A DNA stretch of 64,000 bases from an uncultured Candidatus Nemicrothrix sp. (GCA_964504305.1 CAZDEB010000001.1:233826-297825); one strand, 5' to 3'; shown: positions 37,917 to 46,807, counted from the first letter of the stretch. Notes: generated from the letters alone by a model not told the origin. Program-made: numbers and translations.

Positions 37917-38899
37917 GACTTGGTTGCTTCGAGCGTCCAGAGGGCCGCTCCGAGAGCCCCGGCATCGTCGCCTAGTTCGGCCATCACCACATCGATCTTC
38001 GGGCGGTGGTCGGCGCCAAGTAGCAACCGCTCGAGCCAAGCATCGATACCGGCCCTGAGTGGTTCGCCGATGTCGGTGAGTCCACCGCCGATCACGACCC
38101 GATCGGGGTCAAAGATGAGCGCCAGGTTCGCCAGCCCGCGTGCGACATGGCGACAGAATTGGTCGAATATTCGCGCCGCATGCGGATCGCCTTTGGCTAG
38201 TGCTTCGGCGACGGTAAAGCCGTCGATCGCCTCGACGCGGCCCGCAATCTCGAGGGCCAGCGGAAAGTGCCCCACCGCGGCCTGAGCCTGACCCAGGCGG
38301 CCGAGCGCGGAACCCGAGGCGTAGTACTCCCACGGACCTTGCTGACCGGTGTGATGGGTGGGGCCGTTGGCGTCTACGACCATGTGGCCCGCTTCTCCCG
38401 CAAATCCGTTGGCACCGTGGATCAGTTGCCCGCCGCAGACGAACCCGGTCCCGATCCCGGTACCGAGGGTGGCGACCAAGAAGTCGTCGGTTCCTCGCCC
38501 GGCACCCAGCTTGGCTTCGGCCCAAGTGCCGGCGGTGGCGTCGTTCATCACTTGGACCGGCACCCCGAGGGCGTGTTGCAGTTCGGTACCCAGTGGATAC
38601 TCGATGAGTTCTGGCAGGTTCGGCGAATAGTGCACGACCCCGGATCGGTGGGCGAGCCCGGCGACACCCAAACCCACCGCGTCGATGGACACCGAGTTGC
38701 GGTCGCGGAGCCGGTCGACCATACGTAACAAGGTGGCGAGCAGCACAGGACCGGGACCGGCGCTCGATTCGCGGTCGCGGTCGACGATTTCTCCACTCGA
38801 TGCCTCGATGAGCAGAGCGCGGGCGTTGGTTCCGCCGACGTCGAATCCGATGATCATGGCGGCCAGAGTAGGCCGGTCGGGATCGCAGACCTTGGTCAA
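37913..38899 (-). CDS. ROK-family sugar kinase (glucokinase-like)
   Basis: IGFDVGGTNARA… and …GFAGEAGHM… are present. An alternative start is ATG 38857 (MIIGFDVGG). Confidence 0.85.
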   Translation of the reverse strand: MTKVCDPDRPTLAAMIIGFDVGGTNARALLIEASSGEIVDRDRESSAGPGPVLLATLLRMVDRLRDRNSVSIDAVGLGVAGLAHRSGVVHYSPNLPELIEYPLGTELQHALGVPVQVMNDATAGTWAEAKLGAGRGTDDFLVATLGTGIGTGFVCGGQLIHGANGFAGEAGHMVVDANGPTHHTGQQGPWEYYASGSALGRLGQAQAAVGHFPLALEIAGRVEAIDGFTVAEALAKGDPHAARIFDQFCRHVARGLANLALIFDPDRVVIGGGLTDIGEPLRAGIDAWLERLLLGADHRPKIDVVMAELGDDAGALGAALWTLEATKS

Positions 38900-38906
38900 G
38901 CGTCGA

Positions 38907-39593
38907 TCATGTACATCGGCCGCTGTTCACGGGTACTTCCGAAATGCGCTCGGCAAGCATGGTTATCTCCGTAGCGGCCACCGCGTAGGCCAGTTGGTTC
39001 TCGCGCGAAGTTGCGTAGATGATTCCGAGCAATTGGCCGTCGTTGTCAATGACTGGCCCGCCAGAATCACCGTGGACGACTGCGGTGTTGATCTCGAGTC
39101 CTTGGCGCGTGACCGTGTCTTCTACGTAGATGTCTTCAATCGTCACTGAAACAGGACGGTTGACTCGTACTTTCCGCCGGTCGAAACCGGTGCTGGGGTT
39201 CCAAGTTGTGAGCGTGGCCGGTTGGCCTCGGTGAATAGTCCCAGCGGACAACTTGTTGAGTACTAGGTCATCGACCCGCAAGATCGCGACGTCGGCATCT
39301 GCGTCGAACGCCACCAAGGAGGCGAGATGCTCTTTGTCGTCGGCGCCGCGCACCACGATTTCGTTGGCGCCGGCCACGGTGTGGGCGCTGGTGGCGACGA
39401 AGGTCTGTTCCGGCGATGAGAACTCGGCATCCACCTTGAGGGCGACGCCCGTGCCGAAGGCGTCGACCAGCGAACACCCACGGGCGATGACGCCCACCGC
39501 CGAGTTGCTCAGCGATTGGTCGACCTCGTCCGCGGTGGTGCAGGCCGCGACCACAAAAGCTGCGGCGCTCACGAGAACCGCGACACGAAGCAT
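38907..39593 (-). CDS. trypsin-like (S1) serine protease lipoprotein
   Basis: Lipobox FVVAAC, the His context TSAHTV, the Asp context DADVAILRV and the Ser motif GDSGGPV are present. Confidence 0.7.
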   Translation of the reverse strand: MLRVAVLVSAAAFVVAACTTADEVDQSLSNSAVGVIARGCSLVDAFGTGVALKVDAEFSSPEQTFVATSAHTVAGANEIVVRGADDKEHLASLVAFDADADVAILRVDDLVLNKLSAGTIHRGQPATLTTWNPSTGFDRRKVRVNRPVSVTIEDIYVEDTVTRQGLEINTAVVHGDSGGPVIDNDGQLLGIIYATSRENQLAYAVAATEITMLAERISEVPVNSGRCT

Positions 39594-39604
39594 TATCGAG
39601 TCCG

Positions 39605-40696
39605 TTACACCGGCATCATCGCGCCGTCTGATCCTGCGCTTTGGACCGCGACGTCGCAGAGTTGCTGAACTCGGAGGCCGTCATCGAAGTTCGGTGTGCA
39701 TGGCCGGCGACTTTGCACCGATCGCACGAAGTCCCCCACCATCGCGCCCTCTTGGCGAAACACGTCGCGGTAGGTGTTGTGGACCGTGTCGCGCCGGGCG
39801 TTGCCCCAGATCGAGTCTGGTATGGGAAGGGTTTTCGGCGGCCCCGAGTCTCCGGCCTTCAGGCCCTTTACTTCTTGCACTGTTTGCCAATCACAGGACG
39901 CATACAGCGTGCCATCACGGCCATGAGCGTCGAGCTGGTGAGTTTGACCGAAGCCGCTACCTTCCCAGCACACGGCGCTGACTTGAAGGGTTGCGTAGGC
40001 GCCTGACTCGAAGCGGGCCGTCAGCACCGCGGAGTCTTCGCCCCGCTCGTAGGGGCGTCCGTCGGGACGGTCGGCGCGGGGAACAAAGCGACTGCTGGTC
40101 GCTCCGAGAGCCACGATTTCACCGAACATCCACCGCGCTAGATACAGCCAATGCGACCCGAGGTCGCCTATCACGCCGCTACCGGCTTCGGAGTTGTCGA
40201 ATCGCCAGGCGTATTCGCCTTCGCGAGCGAACCCGGTGAAGTAGCGCAAGCCAAGATGGCGCGGTTCGCCGAGGTATCCATCGTCAATCAACTGCTTAAC
40301 GTGTTGGAAAATTGGCATGTAGCGGTAGGTGAACGGCACCATCGTGATCGTGTTGGTCGCCGCGGCTAGGGCAGCCATCTCGGTCGCTTCGGAGGTGCTA
40401 CGGCCGAGCGGTTTTTCGCACAAGACATCGAGTCCGCGCTCCAAGGCGGCCATGGTGAGCCGATAGTGGGCTTCGTTGCCTGCCAATATGAGCACGGCGT
40501 CGAGATCTTGATCCATCAACTGGTCGGCATCGGTGAACGCTTGGGCGATCTCCCATCTGGTCGCGAAGTCGGCGGTGCGTTGCTGATCGCGACCGGCGAC
40601 CCCCACAACGGTGACGTTGTCGAGGGCCCGTAGCGCAGGGAGGTACATGGCGTCGGCCCACCAAGAGGTGCCGACCACGCCGACCCGAACGCTCAC
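39605..40696 (-). CDS. Gfo/Idh/MocA-family oxidoreductase
   Basis: VRVGVVGTSWWADAMYLPAL… is a Rossmann start and EKPL is present. The start was trimmed to GTG 40696, which overlaps the upstream stop (GTGA). The remaining 5' part of track ORF 39605..41338 overlaps the PhyH gene. Confidence 0.8.
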   Translation of the reverse strand: MSVRVGVVGTSWWADAMYLPALRALDNVTVVGVAGRDQQRTADFATRWEIAQAFTDADQLMDQDLDAVLILAGNEAHYRLTMAALERGLDVLCEKPLGRSTSEATEMAALAAATNTITMVPFTYRYMPIFQHVKQLIDDGYLGEPRHLGLRYFTGFAREGEYAWRFDNSEAGSGVIGDLGSHWLYLARWMFGEIVALGATSSRFVPRADRPDGRPYERGEDSAVLTARFESGAYATLQVSAVCWEGSGFGQTHQLDAHGRDGTLYASCDWQTVQEVKGLKAGDSGPPKTLPIPDSIWGNARRDTVHNTYRDVFRQEGAMVGDFVRSVQSRRPCTPNFDDGLRVQQLCDVAVQSAGSDGAMMPV

Positions 40697-41643
40697 GAGG
40701 CGTCGTCCTCGATGTCGCGACCTATTCGAGACTTTCCTTCGGCTTCGTCGAGCAGTTCGGGGTATGGATAGTCGAGGGCCATCAAGCGCCGCAGCGTAGG
40801 TGTTGCTCGCTCGACCACCTCGGCACGAACGCTGCGCCGAAGATCTTCGAGCGGGGCCACGAACTTGGGCAGGTATTCGATGAGAATTGCGGTGCGGTCC
40901 TGCTGGCTGTTGTTGGGCATGGCGCAATGCCAACACATGCCGTTGAAGATTACGCAGTCGCCGGGGTTGCCGACCATTCGTTGGGCGGTTTGGTGGAATT
41001 CTTCGCGATCGGCGGCGTCGGGGTACCGAAGCGTGCCTTGGCTGTAGGGCAGGTAGGCAGTTGCGCCAGTCTCGGTCGTGAAGGGGTCGAGCAACACGGT
41101 GGCTTGAGCGTTGAGTGGGTACGACGAGTTGATGTTGGTTGGAAACTCGTCGCGCTTGTACATGTCCCAGTAGGGATAGTCGATGTGGGGTTCTTGGCCG
41201 GGTCCGCCGGGAAGTAGGCGGTTGGCGGCGACCGAACCCATGATGAACGCGGTGCCGAGGAACTTGCTGATGATTTCCATGACGGTCGGGTGTTGGACCA
41301 TCTCCTCGAACACTTCGCCTTTGTTGAGCAGATTCCAAACCCGGCGTTGCAGGTGCAACGAGTCGGGGTTGGCGCCCTGAAAGTGGGTTTCGCGGTCGTC
41401 TTCGACCGACGACAGGTGCATGATCTGGTCCCGTGCCCGGCCAATGTCGGTCGCCGAGAAGGCGTCACGGATGACTATCGCGCCCGAACCGGTGAGTAGT
41501 TCGGCGATCAGCGCCGGAATCTGATCTTCGAGCCGGTCGACCTCGACCTCGAGCATTGGCTGAGTAGATACAGGCTGAGTAGATACAGGCTGAGTGGATA
41601 CAGGCTGGGTAGATACTGGCTGGTTAGCTAGAGGCTGGTTCAA
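40693..41643 (-). CDS. phytanoyl-CoA dioxygenase (PhyH)-family Fe(II)/2OG oxygenase with (QPVST)n N-terminal repeat
   Basis: GQEPHIDYPYWD has a HxD-type facial-triad context and …CWHCAMPN a distal His. The TTG start at 41643 is preceded by GAGAGGAA. An alternative ATG at 41556 lies just after the repeats. Confidence 0.75.
   Translation of the reverse strand: MNQPLANQPVSTQPVSTQPVSTQPVSTQPMLEVEVDRLEDQIPALIAELLTGSGAIVIRDAFSATDIGRARDQIMHLSSVEDDRETHFQGANPDSLHLQRRVWNLLNKGEVFEEMVQHPTVMEIISKFLGTAFIMGSVAANRLLPGGPGQEPHIDYPYWDMYKRDEFPTNINSSYPLNAQATVLLDPFTTETGATAYLPYSQGTLRYPDAADREEFHQTAQRMVGNPGDCVIFNGMCWHCAMPNNSQQDRTAILIEYLPKFVAPLEDLRRSVRAEVVERATPTLRRLMALDYPYPELLDEAEGKSRIGRDIEDDAS
41558..41640 (-). repeat. 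15-bp tandem repeat, about 5.5 copies (plus strand GGCTGAGTAGATACA)
   Basis: Copies begin at 41558, 41573, 41588, 41603, 41618 and 41633. The first two are identical and later ones diverge progressively. In frame they encode QPVST repeats. Confidence 0.9.
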
Positions 41644-41646
41644 GGG

Positions 41647-41680
41647 GCGGTTCCTCTCAGGACGCGGTTCTTCTCAGGAC
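41647..41680. repeat. 17-bp tandem duplication with one mismatch (GCGGTTCCTCTCAGGAC / GCGGTTCTTCTCAGGAC)
   Basis: It spans the LacI stop codon (41674..41676). The second copy supplies the SD-like GAGAGGAA in front of the PhyH TTG start. Confidence 0.85.
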
Positions 41681-42675
41681 AGGGTGGCGGGCGCGGCGCT
41701 GGTGCCTCGTTGTACGAGGGTCGGCTGAAGGTCGTGGTGCACGGCCTCGACTCGGCCTTCCTCGATGCGTTCGAGCACGGTGCGCATGGCCAGTCGACCC
41801 ATGTCGTGGCGCGGCTGGTTGACGGTTGTGAGCGATAGGCGGCGCAGCCCGGCGATGAAGGTGTTGTCGTACCCGACGATGGAGACTTGGTCGGGTACCG
41901 CAACGCCGGAGTCGATGAGCTCGTCGAGCACTCCGGCGGCGAGCAAATCGTTGAACGCGAAGATCGCGGTCGGCAGTTCTGCGGTGCCCACGAGCTCTCT
42001 GATGGGCTGGCGGGCTCCGTCTTCTTCGTCGCTTCCGATAAGCACACGCGGCTCGAGTTGGGCGTTACGCATGGCGTCTACGTAGGCGTCGCGTCGGGCT
42101 TTGGCGGAGATGTTGGCGCCGCCGTCGATGTGCAAGATCGACCGGTGGCCCAGTTGGATCAGATGGTTGACTGCGAGGTGGGCACCGGTGGCGTCGTCGG
42201 CGGTGATGGTGTCGATGTCGGGATGGTTGCGGCCGGCAGCAACGATGATCACCGGGGCGTGACGCGATGCCGATAGCAACTGTTCGTCATCGAGCCTCGG
42301 GCCGATTAGGACCAAGGCTTCGACGCGGAATTGTATGAACGTGTCGATTGCTTGTTGTTCGCGTTCGGGATCGCGCCCGCCGTTGAGAATCAGGACGCGG
42401 AGCTGGTTCAGTTCGGCCTCGGCTTCGACCCCGTCGACAACTTCGGAAAAGAACGGGTTGTGGAGGTCGTTGACCAGCACCCCGATGGTTTGGGTTCGCT
42501 GTTGGGCGAGATTGCGGGCGTGAAGGTTGGGTTGGTATCCGAGTTCGCGTGCGGCGTTTAGTACGGCGTTTCTTTTCTGGTCTGAAACCTTGGGGGAGTT
42601 GTTCAACACCAGACTTACCAGCGCCCGCGAAACGCCAGCTTTTTCGGCGACTGTTTCCATCGTTGGTCGCCCCAT
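41674..42675 (-). CDS. LacI-family transcriptional regulator
   Basis: The N-terminal HTH TMETVAEKAGVSRALVSLVLNNSPKVS is followed by a periplasmic-binding-protein-like effector domain. Size is 333 aa. Confidence 0.9.
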   Translation of the reverse strand: MGRPTMETVAEKAGVSRALVSLVLNNSPKVSDQKRNAVLNAARELGYQPNLHARNLAQQRTQTIGVLVNDLHNPFFSEVVDGVEAEAELNQLRVLILNGGRDPEREQQAIDTFIQFRVEALVLIGPRLDDEQLLSASRHAPVIIVAAGRNHPDIDTITADDATGAHLAVNHLIQLGHRSILHIDGGANISAKARRDAYVDAMRNAQLEPRVLIGSDEEDGARQPIRELVGTAELPTAIFAFNDLLAAGVLDELIDSGVAVPDQVSIVGYDNTFIAGLRRLSLTTVNQPRHDMGRLAMRTVLERIEEGRVEAVHHDLQPTLVQRGTSAAPATLS

Positions 42676-42721
42676 CGGGTCCCTCCTGCGACGTCGCGCT
42701 AACCGCTCTGCATGGTACGGC

Positions 42722-42750
42722 TTGACAAGTACTGCCGCGAGCGTAACGAT
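42722..42750 (+). promoter_or_regulatory. candidate promoter of the iol operon (perfect -35 TTGACA, weak -10)
   Basis: TTGACA lies at 42722..42727, and AACGAT follows 17 nt later at 42745..42750. The same 9-mer TTGACAAGT recurs at 43737..43745, upstream of the binding-protein gene. Confidence 0.4.
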
Positions 42751-42765
42751 TAGAGCGCTCTAATC
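42748..42765. promoter_or_regulatory. perfect 18-bp palindrome GATTAGAGCGCTCTAATC, candidate LacI-family operator
   Basis: It lies in the divergent LacI / iolE intergenic region and overlaps the putative -10. The central GCGC core is typical of LacI/GalR operators. Confidence 0.55.
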
Positions 42766-42819
42766 TTCTCTTAGGGAGCAATCGGTGTCCAGTCGGTCGA
42801 CGGTATTGCAGAGTCGCCA

Positions 42820-43728
42820 GTGACTTTCCTTGATCGTCTCGGCGGCGCGCCCATCAGCTGGGGCGTATGCGAAGTCCCCGGATGGGGAATCGAGCTTTCT
42901 AGCGACCGCGTTCTCGCCGAGATGGCCGAGGTTGGTTTGACCGCTACCGAGCTTGGCTCGGACGGATACCTTCCTTCTGACCCTTCCGAACTGCGTGACC
43001 TTGTTGGTGGTCACGGACTGGAACTGATCGGCGGTTTCGTCCCGCTTGTTCTTCACGACCCCTCCCAGCGCGATGCGACCATCGAGGAGGCTCACCGCTC
43101 CGCTTCTCTCATGGGAGGAGCCGGTGCTACCGAGTTCATCACCTCGATGGTCGCGTCGTTTGCTTGGGGTCCACGCGTCGAGCTCGACAACGACGGGTGG
43201 GCTTATGCCGCGGCATTGCTCGACGAGATCGAAATAATCGTCGGCGACTACGGAATGCATCAGGCGATTCATCCGCACCTGGGCACAATGATCGAGCGGC
43301 CTGCCGATGTTCGACAACTGCTCGACCGAAGTCCGGTTGGGTGGTGCTTTGATACCGGCCACCTGCTCATCGGAGGCTACGACCCTCTCGATTTCCTCCG
43401 AGATGCGCGCGACCGCATACGGCACGTTCATCTCAAGGACACGATTCTCGATCTTGCTCGCCCGGTGTTCGAGCACGATCAGTCAATCATGCAAGGAGTG
43501 CAGAGCGGCATGTTCTGTCCCATGGGGCGAGGTGACGTGCCGATCGGACAGATCGTCACAGAGCTCGAACGCTCCGGGTACGACTGCTGGTACGTGCTCG
43601 AACAAGATGTGGCGTTGACCGAGGGCGAGCCGCCCATTGGTCAGGGTCCGAAGCTCGACGTTGCTCAAAGCGTCGATTATCTCCGCGGCGTCGATGCCGC
43701 GCTCCGTGCCACTTCGGCGGCCCAATGA
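42820..43728 (+). CDS. iolE: xylose-isomerase-like TIM-barrel protein, IolE-like inosose dehydratase
   Basis: The N-terminal LGGAPISWGV… pattern resembles IolE. The sugar-phosphate isomerase/epimerase fold and the genomic context in an iol cluster support the call. Confidence 0.7.
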   Translation: MTFLDRLGGAPISWGVCEVPGWGIELSSDRVLAEMAEVGLTATELGSDGYLPSDPSELRDLVGGHGLELIGGFVPLVLHDPSQRDATIEEAHRSASLMGGAGATEFITSMVASFAWGPRVELDNDGWAYAAALLDEIEIIVGDYGMHQAIHPHLGTMIERPADVRQLLDRSPVGWCFDTGHLLIGGYDPLDFLRDARDRIRHVHLKDTILDLARPVFEHDQSIMQGVQSGMFCPMGRGDVPIGQIVTELERSGYDCWYVLEQDVALTEGEPPIGQGPKLDVAQSVDYLRGVDAALRATSAAQ

Positions 43729-43777
43729 GCGCGGACGTTGACAAGTCGGTCCACACAAACCCTGAGGAGGGGGCTTT

Positions 43778-44782
43778 ATGAGTAAGCGATTCAAGTTGCT
43801 GGCCATCGTGCTGGCATTGGTTACGTTCGCGGCTGCGTGCAGCAGCGACGACGGTGGCGACACGTCGGCGAGCGAAGACACGTCGACGGGAGCCGACGCG
43901 GTTGATCAGACCCAAGGTGGAGATCTCACCTTCTACATGATCACGCACTCCGACGATGGTCCGTTCTGGTCCGTTGTCAAGCGTGGTGCCGAGGCTGCCG
44001 CCGCCGACGTTGGTGTGAACCTCGAATGGAAGCCGGGGAACAACGATCCTCAGCAAATGGTTCAAGACATCGAGGCGGCCATTACCGCAGGCGCCGACGG
44101 CATTGCTGCGTCCTTGCCTGATCCCGACGCCCTTACCGGTCCGCTCCAGCGGGCCGTGGCCGCCGGTATCCCGGTTTACACCCTCAACTCGGGTGTGGAC
44201 TTCTACAAGGAAATCGGCGCAACCAGCCACGTTGGTCAGACCGAAACCGTTGCTGGCAACGGTGCCGGCGAACGTTTCAATGCCGCTGGTGCGGGCCACG
44301 TGCTGTGCGTCTTCCAGGAAGAGTCCAACGTTGGTCTAACCGAGCGCTGTAACGGCCTCGAAGAGACCTTCAGCGGTACCGTGACTGTTGCTTTCGGCGG
44401 ACTTGACGCCGACCAAACGCAGCAGGAAGCAACCATCAACGCACTGCTCGCTGAGGATCCGTCGATTGACGCGGTGCTTGGTACCGGTCCGGTTATCGCT
44501 GTTTCGGCGCTTCGTGCGTCCGACGCGGTTGGCCGCGATGCAATCATTGGTGGCTTTGATATCACCCCCGAGATCATCGACGCCATCGAGGCTGGTGACA
44601 TTGCGTTCACCGTTGATCAGCAGCAGTACCTGCAGGGCTACTTGCCGGTCATCTTGATGTACCTGGAGCAGACCAACCAGAACACCGCTGGCGGTGGCCT
44701 CCCGATCCTTACCGGCCCAGGCTTTGTTACGCCTGACAACGCCGCTCAGGTCAAGGCTCTCGTAGCTGCGGGAACTCGTTAA
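43778..44782 (+). CDS. sugar ABC transporter substrate-binding lipoprotein
   Basis: Lipobox LVTFAAAC and periplasmic-binding-protein type I sequence are present. A strong SD (GAGGAGGGGG) precedes the ATG. Confidence 0.85.
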   Translation: MSKRFKLLAIVLALVTFAAACSSDDGGDTSASEDTSTGADAVDQTQGGDLTFYMITHSDDGPFWSVVKRGAEAAAADVGVNLEWKPGNNDPQQMVQDIEAAITAGADGIAASLPDPDALTGPLQRAVAAGIPVYTLNSGVDFYKEIGATSHVGQTETVAGNGAGERFNAAGAGHVLCVFQEESNVGLTERCNGLEETFSGTVTVAFGGLDADQTQQEATINALLAEDPSIDAVLGTGPVIAVSALRASDAVGRDAIIGGFDITPEIIDAIEAGDIAFTVDQQQYLQGYLPVILMYLEQTNQNTAGGGLPILTGPGFVTPDNAAQVKALVAAGTR

Positions 44783-44799
44783 GTCGAGTAAGTATTGAA

Positions 44800-44842
44800 A
44801 GTGCCGTAGGGCACTCCGGGGCCGACAACTTGTCGGCCCCGG
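44800..44842 (+). promoter_or_regulatory. two adjacent intercistronic hairpins between binding-protein and permease genes
   Basis: The first is AGTGCC-GTAG-GGCACT (44800..44815). The second is CCGGGGCCGACAA-C-TTGTCGGCCCCGG (44816..44842, up to 13 bp). No U-tract follows. Confidence 0.45.
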
Positions 44843-44893
44843 GGTGTTCGCGGCTGGCAATGCGCACATTCTTTTGGGGGGGGAACGATTGTT

Positions 44894-46807
44894 ATGACGA
44901 ACGCAAACACCGATGTCGGTGTGGCCATGACCAACGACAGCCGGCCGGGGGAGGCAGACGAACGGCTCGCCTATCGAGGGCTCGGCCAGCGAATGCTGAT
45001 CCGACCCGAAATCGTCGGCATGATGGCGTCGGTCTTGTTGTTCATGTTTTTTTGGGGCGTTACGCGCCCATTCGGTAATGCCGGTGGGGCGGCTACCGTG
45101 CTCGACGTTTCGGCAACTCTGGGAATAATGGCGGTTGCTGTGGGCGTATTGATGATCGGCGGCGAATTCGATCTCTCGTCGGGGGCGATGACCGGAGCGA
45201 TGGCCATAGTCATCGTGTTACTGGTCAAAGACACCGGCGATCTTGGTGGCGCCGGAATCACTTACTGGATAGCGATACCGATCTCGCTGTTGGTAGCCCT
45301 CGGGATCGGCTGGCTCAACGGCACGATGGTGGAGCGCACCGCCTTGCCGAGTTTCATCGTCACTCTTGCCACGTTCTTTGTTCTTCGTGGCCTGAAATTG
45401 GCGGGCTCGAAAATCATGGTCGACCAGATCCAAGTCGGGCGCGCCGACGAGGGTCCTCACTACGACTTCTGGCAGAACATTTTTGGATCGACATGGATCC
45501 GCGGTGATCATGTGTGGGAGGGGCGAGACGCCGCCTACACCGTCTTGTGCCTGCTAGGCGCCGTGATTGTTGTCGCGGCGGTGTATCAACTTTCTTTTGC
45601 CAGGCGACCCAGTCTGAATTCGGCCGGGGTGGTGCTGCTCGGTCTCGGTGTGGTTGGCATTGCGGGCGGCGTTGTGCTCACCCACGTGCTTGACGGGACC
45701 GATTGGTTGCCAATGCTCGTGATTGCCGCCGGCGGCTTCGCCTCGGTATATGGCCTGGGCGCCTGGCGTTTCTCGCTGGTCGTGGATCGCGGCAACGCGG
45801 CCCTACCTGTAGACGTGACGAGGCCGCTCATGAAAGCTGCGGGCTACGTAAGCGCCGCGGTTGTGGCGGCCCTGGTATTCGACTCGGCCGACGACACCAA
45901 TATCGTGCCGTTCGTGACCGAGCAGGGCCTGAGGGCAATTCTGTTCATGGTGCTGCTGGCGCTCGGAGCAACCCAACTGGTCGTTGCGGCAACTCGCTCG
46001 ACCAAAGTTTCGGTGGCGGCCCGCAGCTTGGTTATCGGGATCGCATCCGTAACGACGTTGCTGTTGGCCCTCTTTGTGCAAAGTGAGTCAACGAGTCACA
46101 AGTTCCGCGCCGAACTGTTCACCCAGATGTGTGTTGTTGCGTTGCTGCTCGGGTGTTATGCCCTGGCCTCGTATTTCTTCGAGACTCGAACAGCCGAAGA
46201 CCCCGATGCCGATAGCGGGGCGCGACGGTTGGCGGTGATCGGCGGACTTCTGGTGTTGGCCGGGATCGTTGTTCGCATGTTGTTCGCGGTGCAGGCCGAG
46301 ATCGATGCAGAGGATCCATCTCGACTAGCGGCCTTCAGCATCCGCATCGTGTGGTTCTTGGGGTTTGCGGCGGTGATGACTTACGTGCTCAAAGCCACCC
46401 CATGGGGTGGTTGGGTGTACGCCGTTGGCGGCAACAAAGAGGCGGCCCGTCAGATTGGCGTCCCGGCCGCTAGAACCAAAACCCAACTCTTCATGTTGGT
46501 TGCCGCGGCAGCGTGGCTTGTCGGCATTTTGTTGGCCTTCAGGCTCAACACGATCCAAGCCGGCACCGGCAACGGACTCGAGTTCGAGTACATCATCGCC
46601 GCGGTGGTCGGAGGCACACTCCTCACCGGCGGTTATGGCACCGCACTTGGTGCCGCGATAGGTGCGGTGATCATGGCGATGGCCAAACAAGGAATTTCGT
46701 TTGCCGGTTGGAACACCGACTGGAGATTCGTGTTCATCGGATCAATATTGCTTATCGCGGTCTACGCCAATGGAGCGGTTCGCAAGGTCGCGGAGGCAGC
46801 ACGATGA
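44894..46807 (+). CDS. ABC sugar permease (BPD_transp_2 type) with a large internal multi-TM insertion
   Basis: The N-terminal part (…[11 protein letters not shown]…[16 protein letters not shown]) and the C-terminal part (…[20 protein letters not shown]…[20 protein letters not shown]) match ribose/xylose-type permeases. They are separated by about 300 hydrophobic aa, giving 637 aa in total. Confidence 0.8.
   Translation: MTNANTDVGVAMTNDSRPGEADERLAYRGLGQRMLIRPEIVGMMASVLLFMFFWGVTRPFGNAGGAATVLDVSATLGIMAVAVGVLMIGGEFDLSSGAMTGAMAIVIVLLVKDTGDLGGAGITYWIAIPISLLVALGIGWLNGTMVERTALPSFIVTLATFFVLRGLKLAGSKIMVDQIQVGRADEGPHYDFWQNIFGSTWIRGDHVWEGRDAAYTVLCLLGAVIVVAAVYQLSFARRPSLNSAGVVLLGLGVVGIAGGVVLTHVLDGTDWLPMLVIAAGGFASVYGLGAWRFSLVVDRGNAALPVDVTRPLMKAAGYVSAAVVAALVFDSADDTNIVPFVTEQGLRAILFMVLLALGATQLVVAATRSTKVSVAARSLVIGIASVTTLLLALFVQSESTSHKFRAELFTQMCVVALLLGCYALASYFFETRTAEDPDADSGARRLAVIGGLLVLAGIVVRMLFAVQAEIDAEDPSRLAAFSIRIVWFLGFAAVMTYVLKATPWGGWVYAVGGNKEAARQIGVPAARTKTQLFMLVAAAAWLVGILLAFRLNTIQAGTGNGLEFEYIIAAVVGGTLLTGGYGTALGAAIGAVIMAMAKQGISFAGWNTDWRFVFIGSILLIAVYANGAVRKVAEAAR

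Noticed and set aside
41558-41640. Possible CRISPR-like or operator array, because of regularly spaced 15-bp repeats.
   Set aside because: The repeats are directly tandem with no spacers and are too short for CRISPR repeats. No cas genes are present. They read in frame as a peptide repeat.
43737-43777. A second LacI operator upstream of the binding-protein gene.
   Set aside because: Only the TTGACAAGT 9-mer is shared with the iolE upstream region. No palindrome resembling GATTAGAGCGCTCTAATC is present there.
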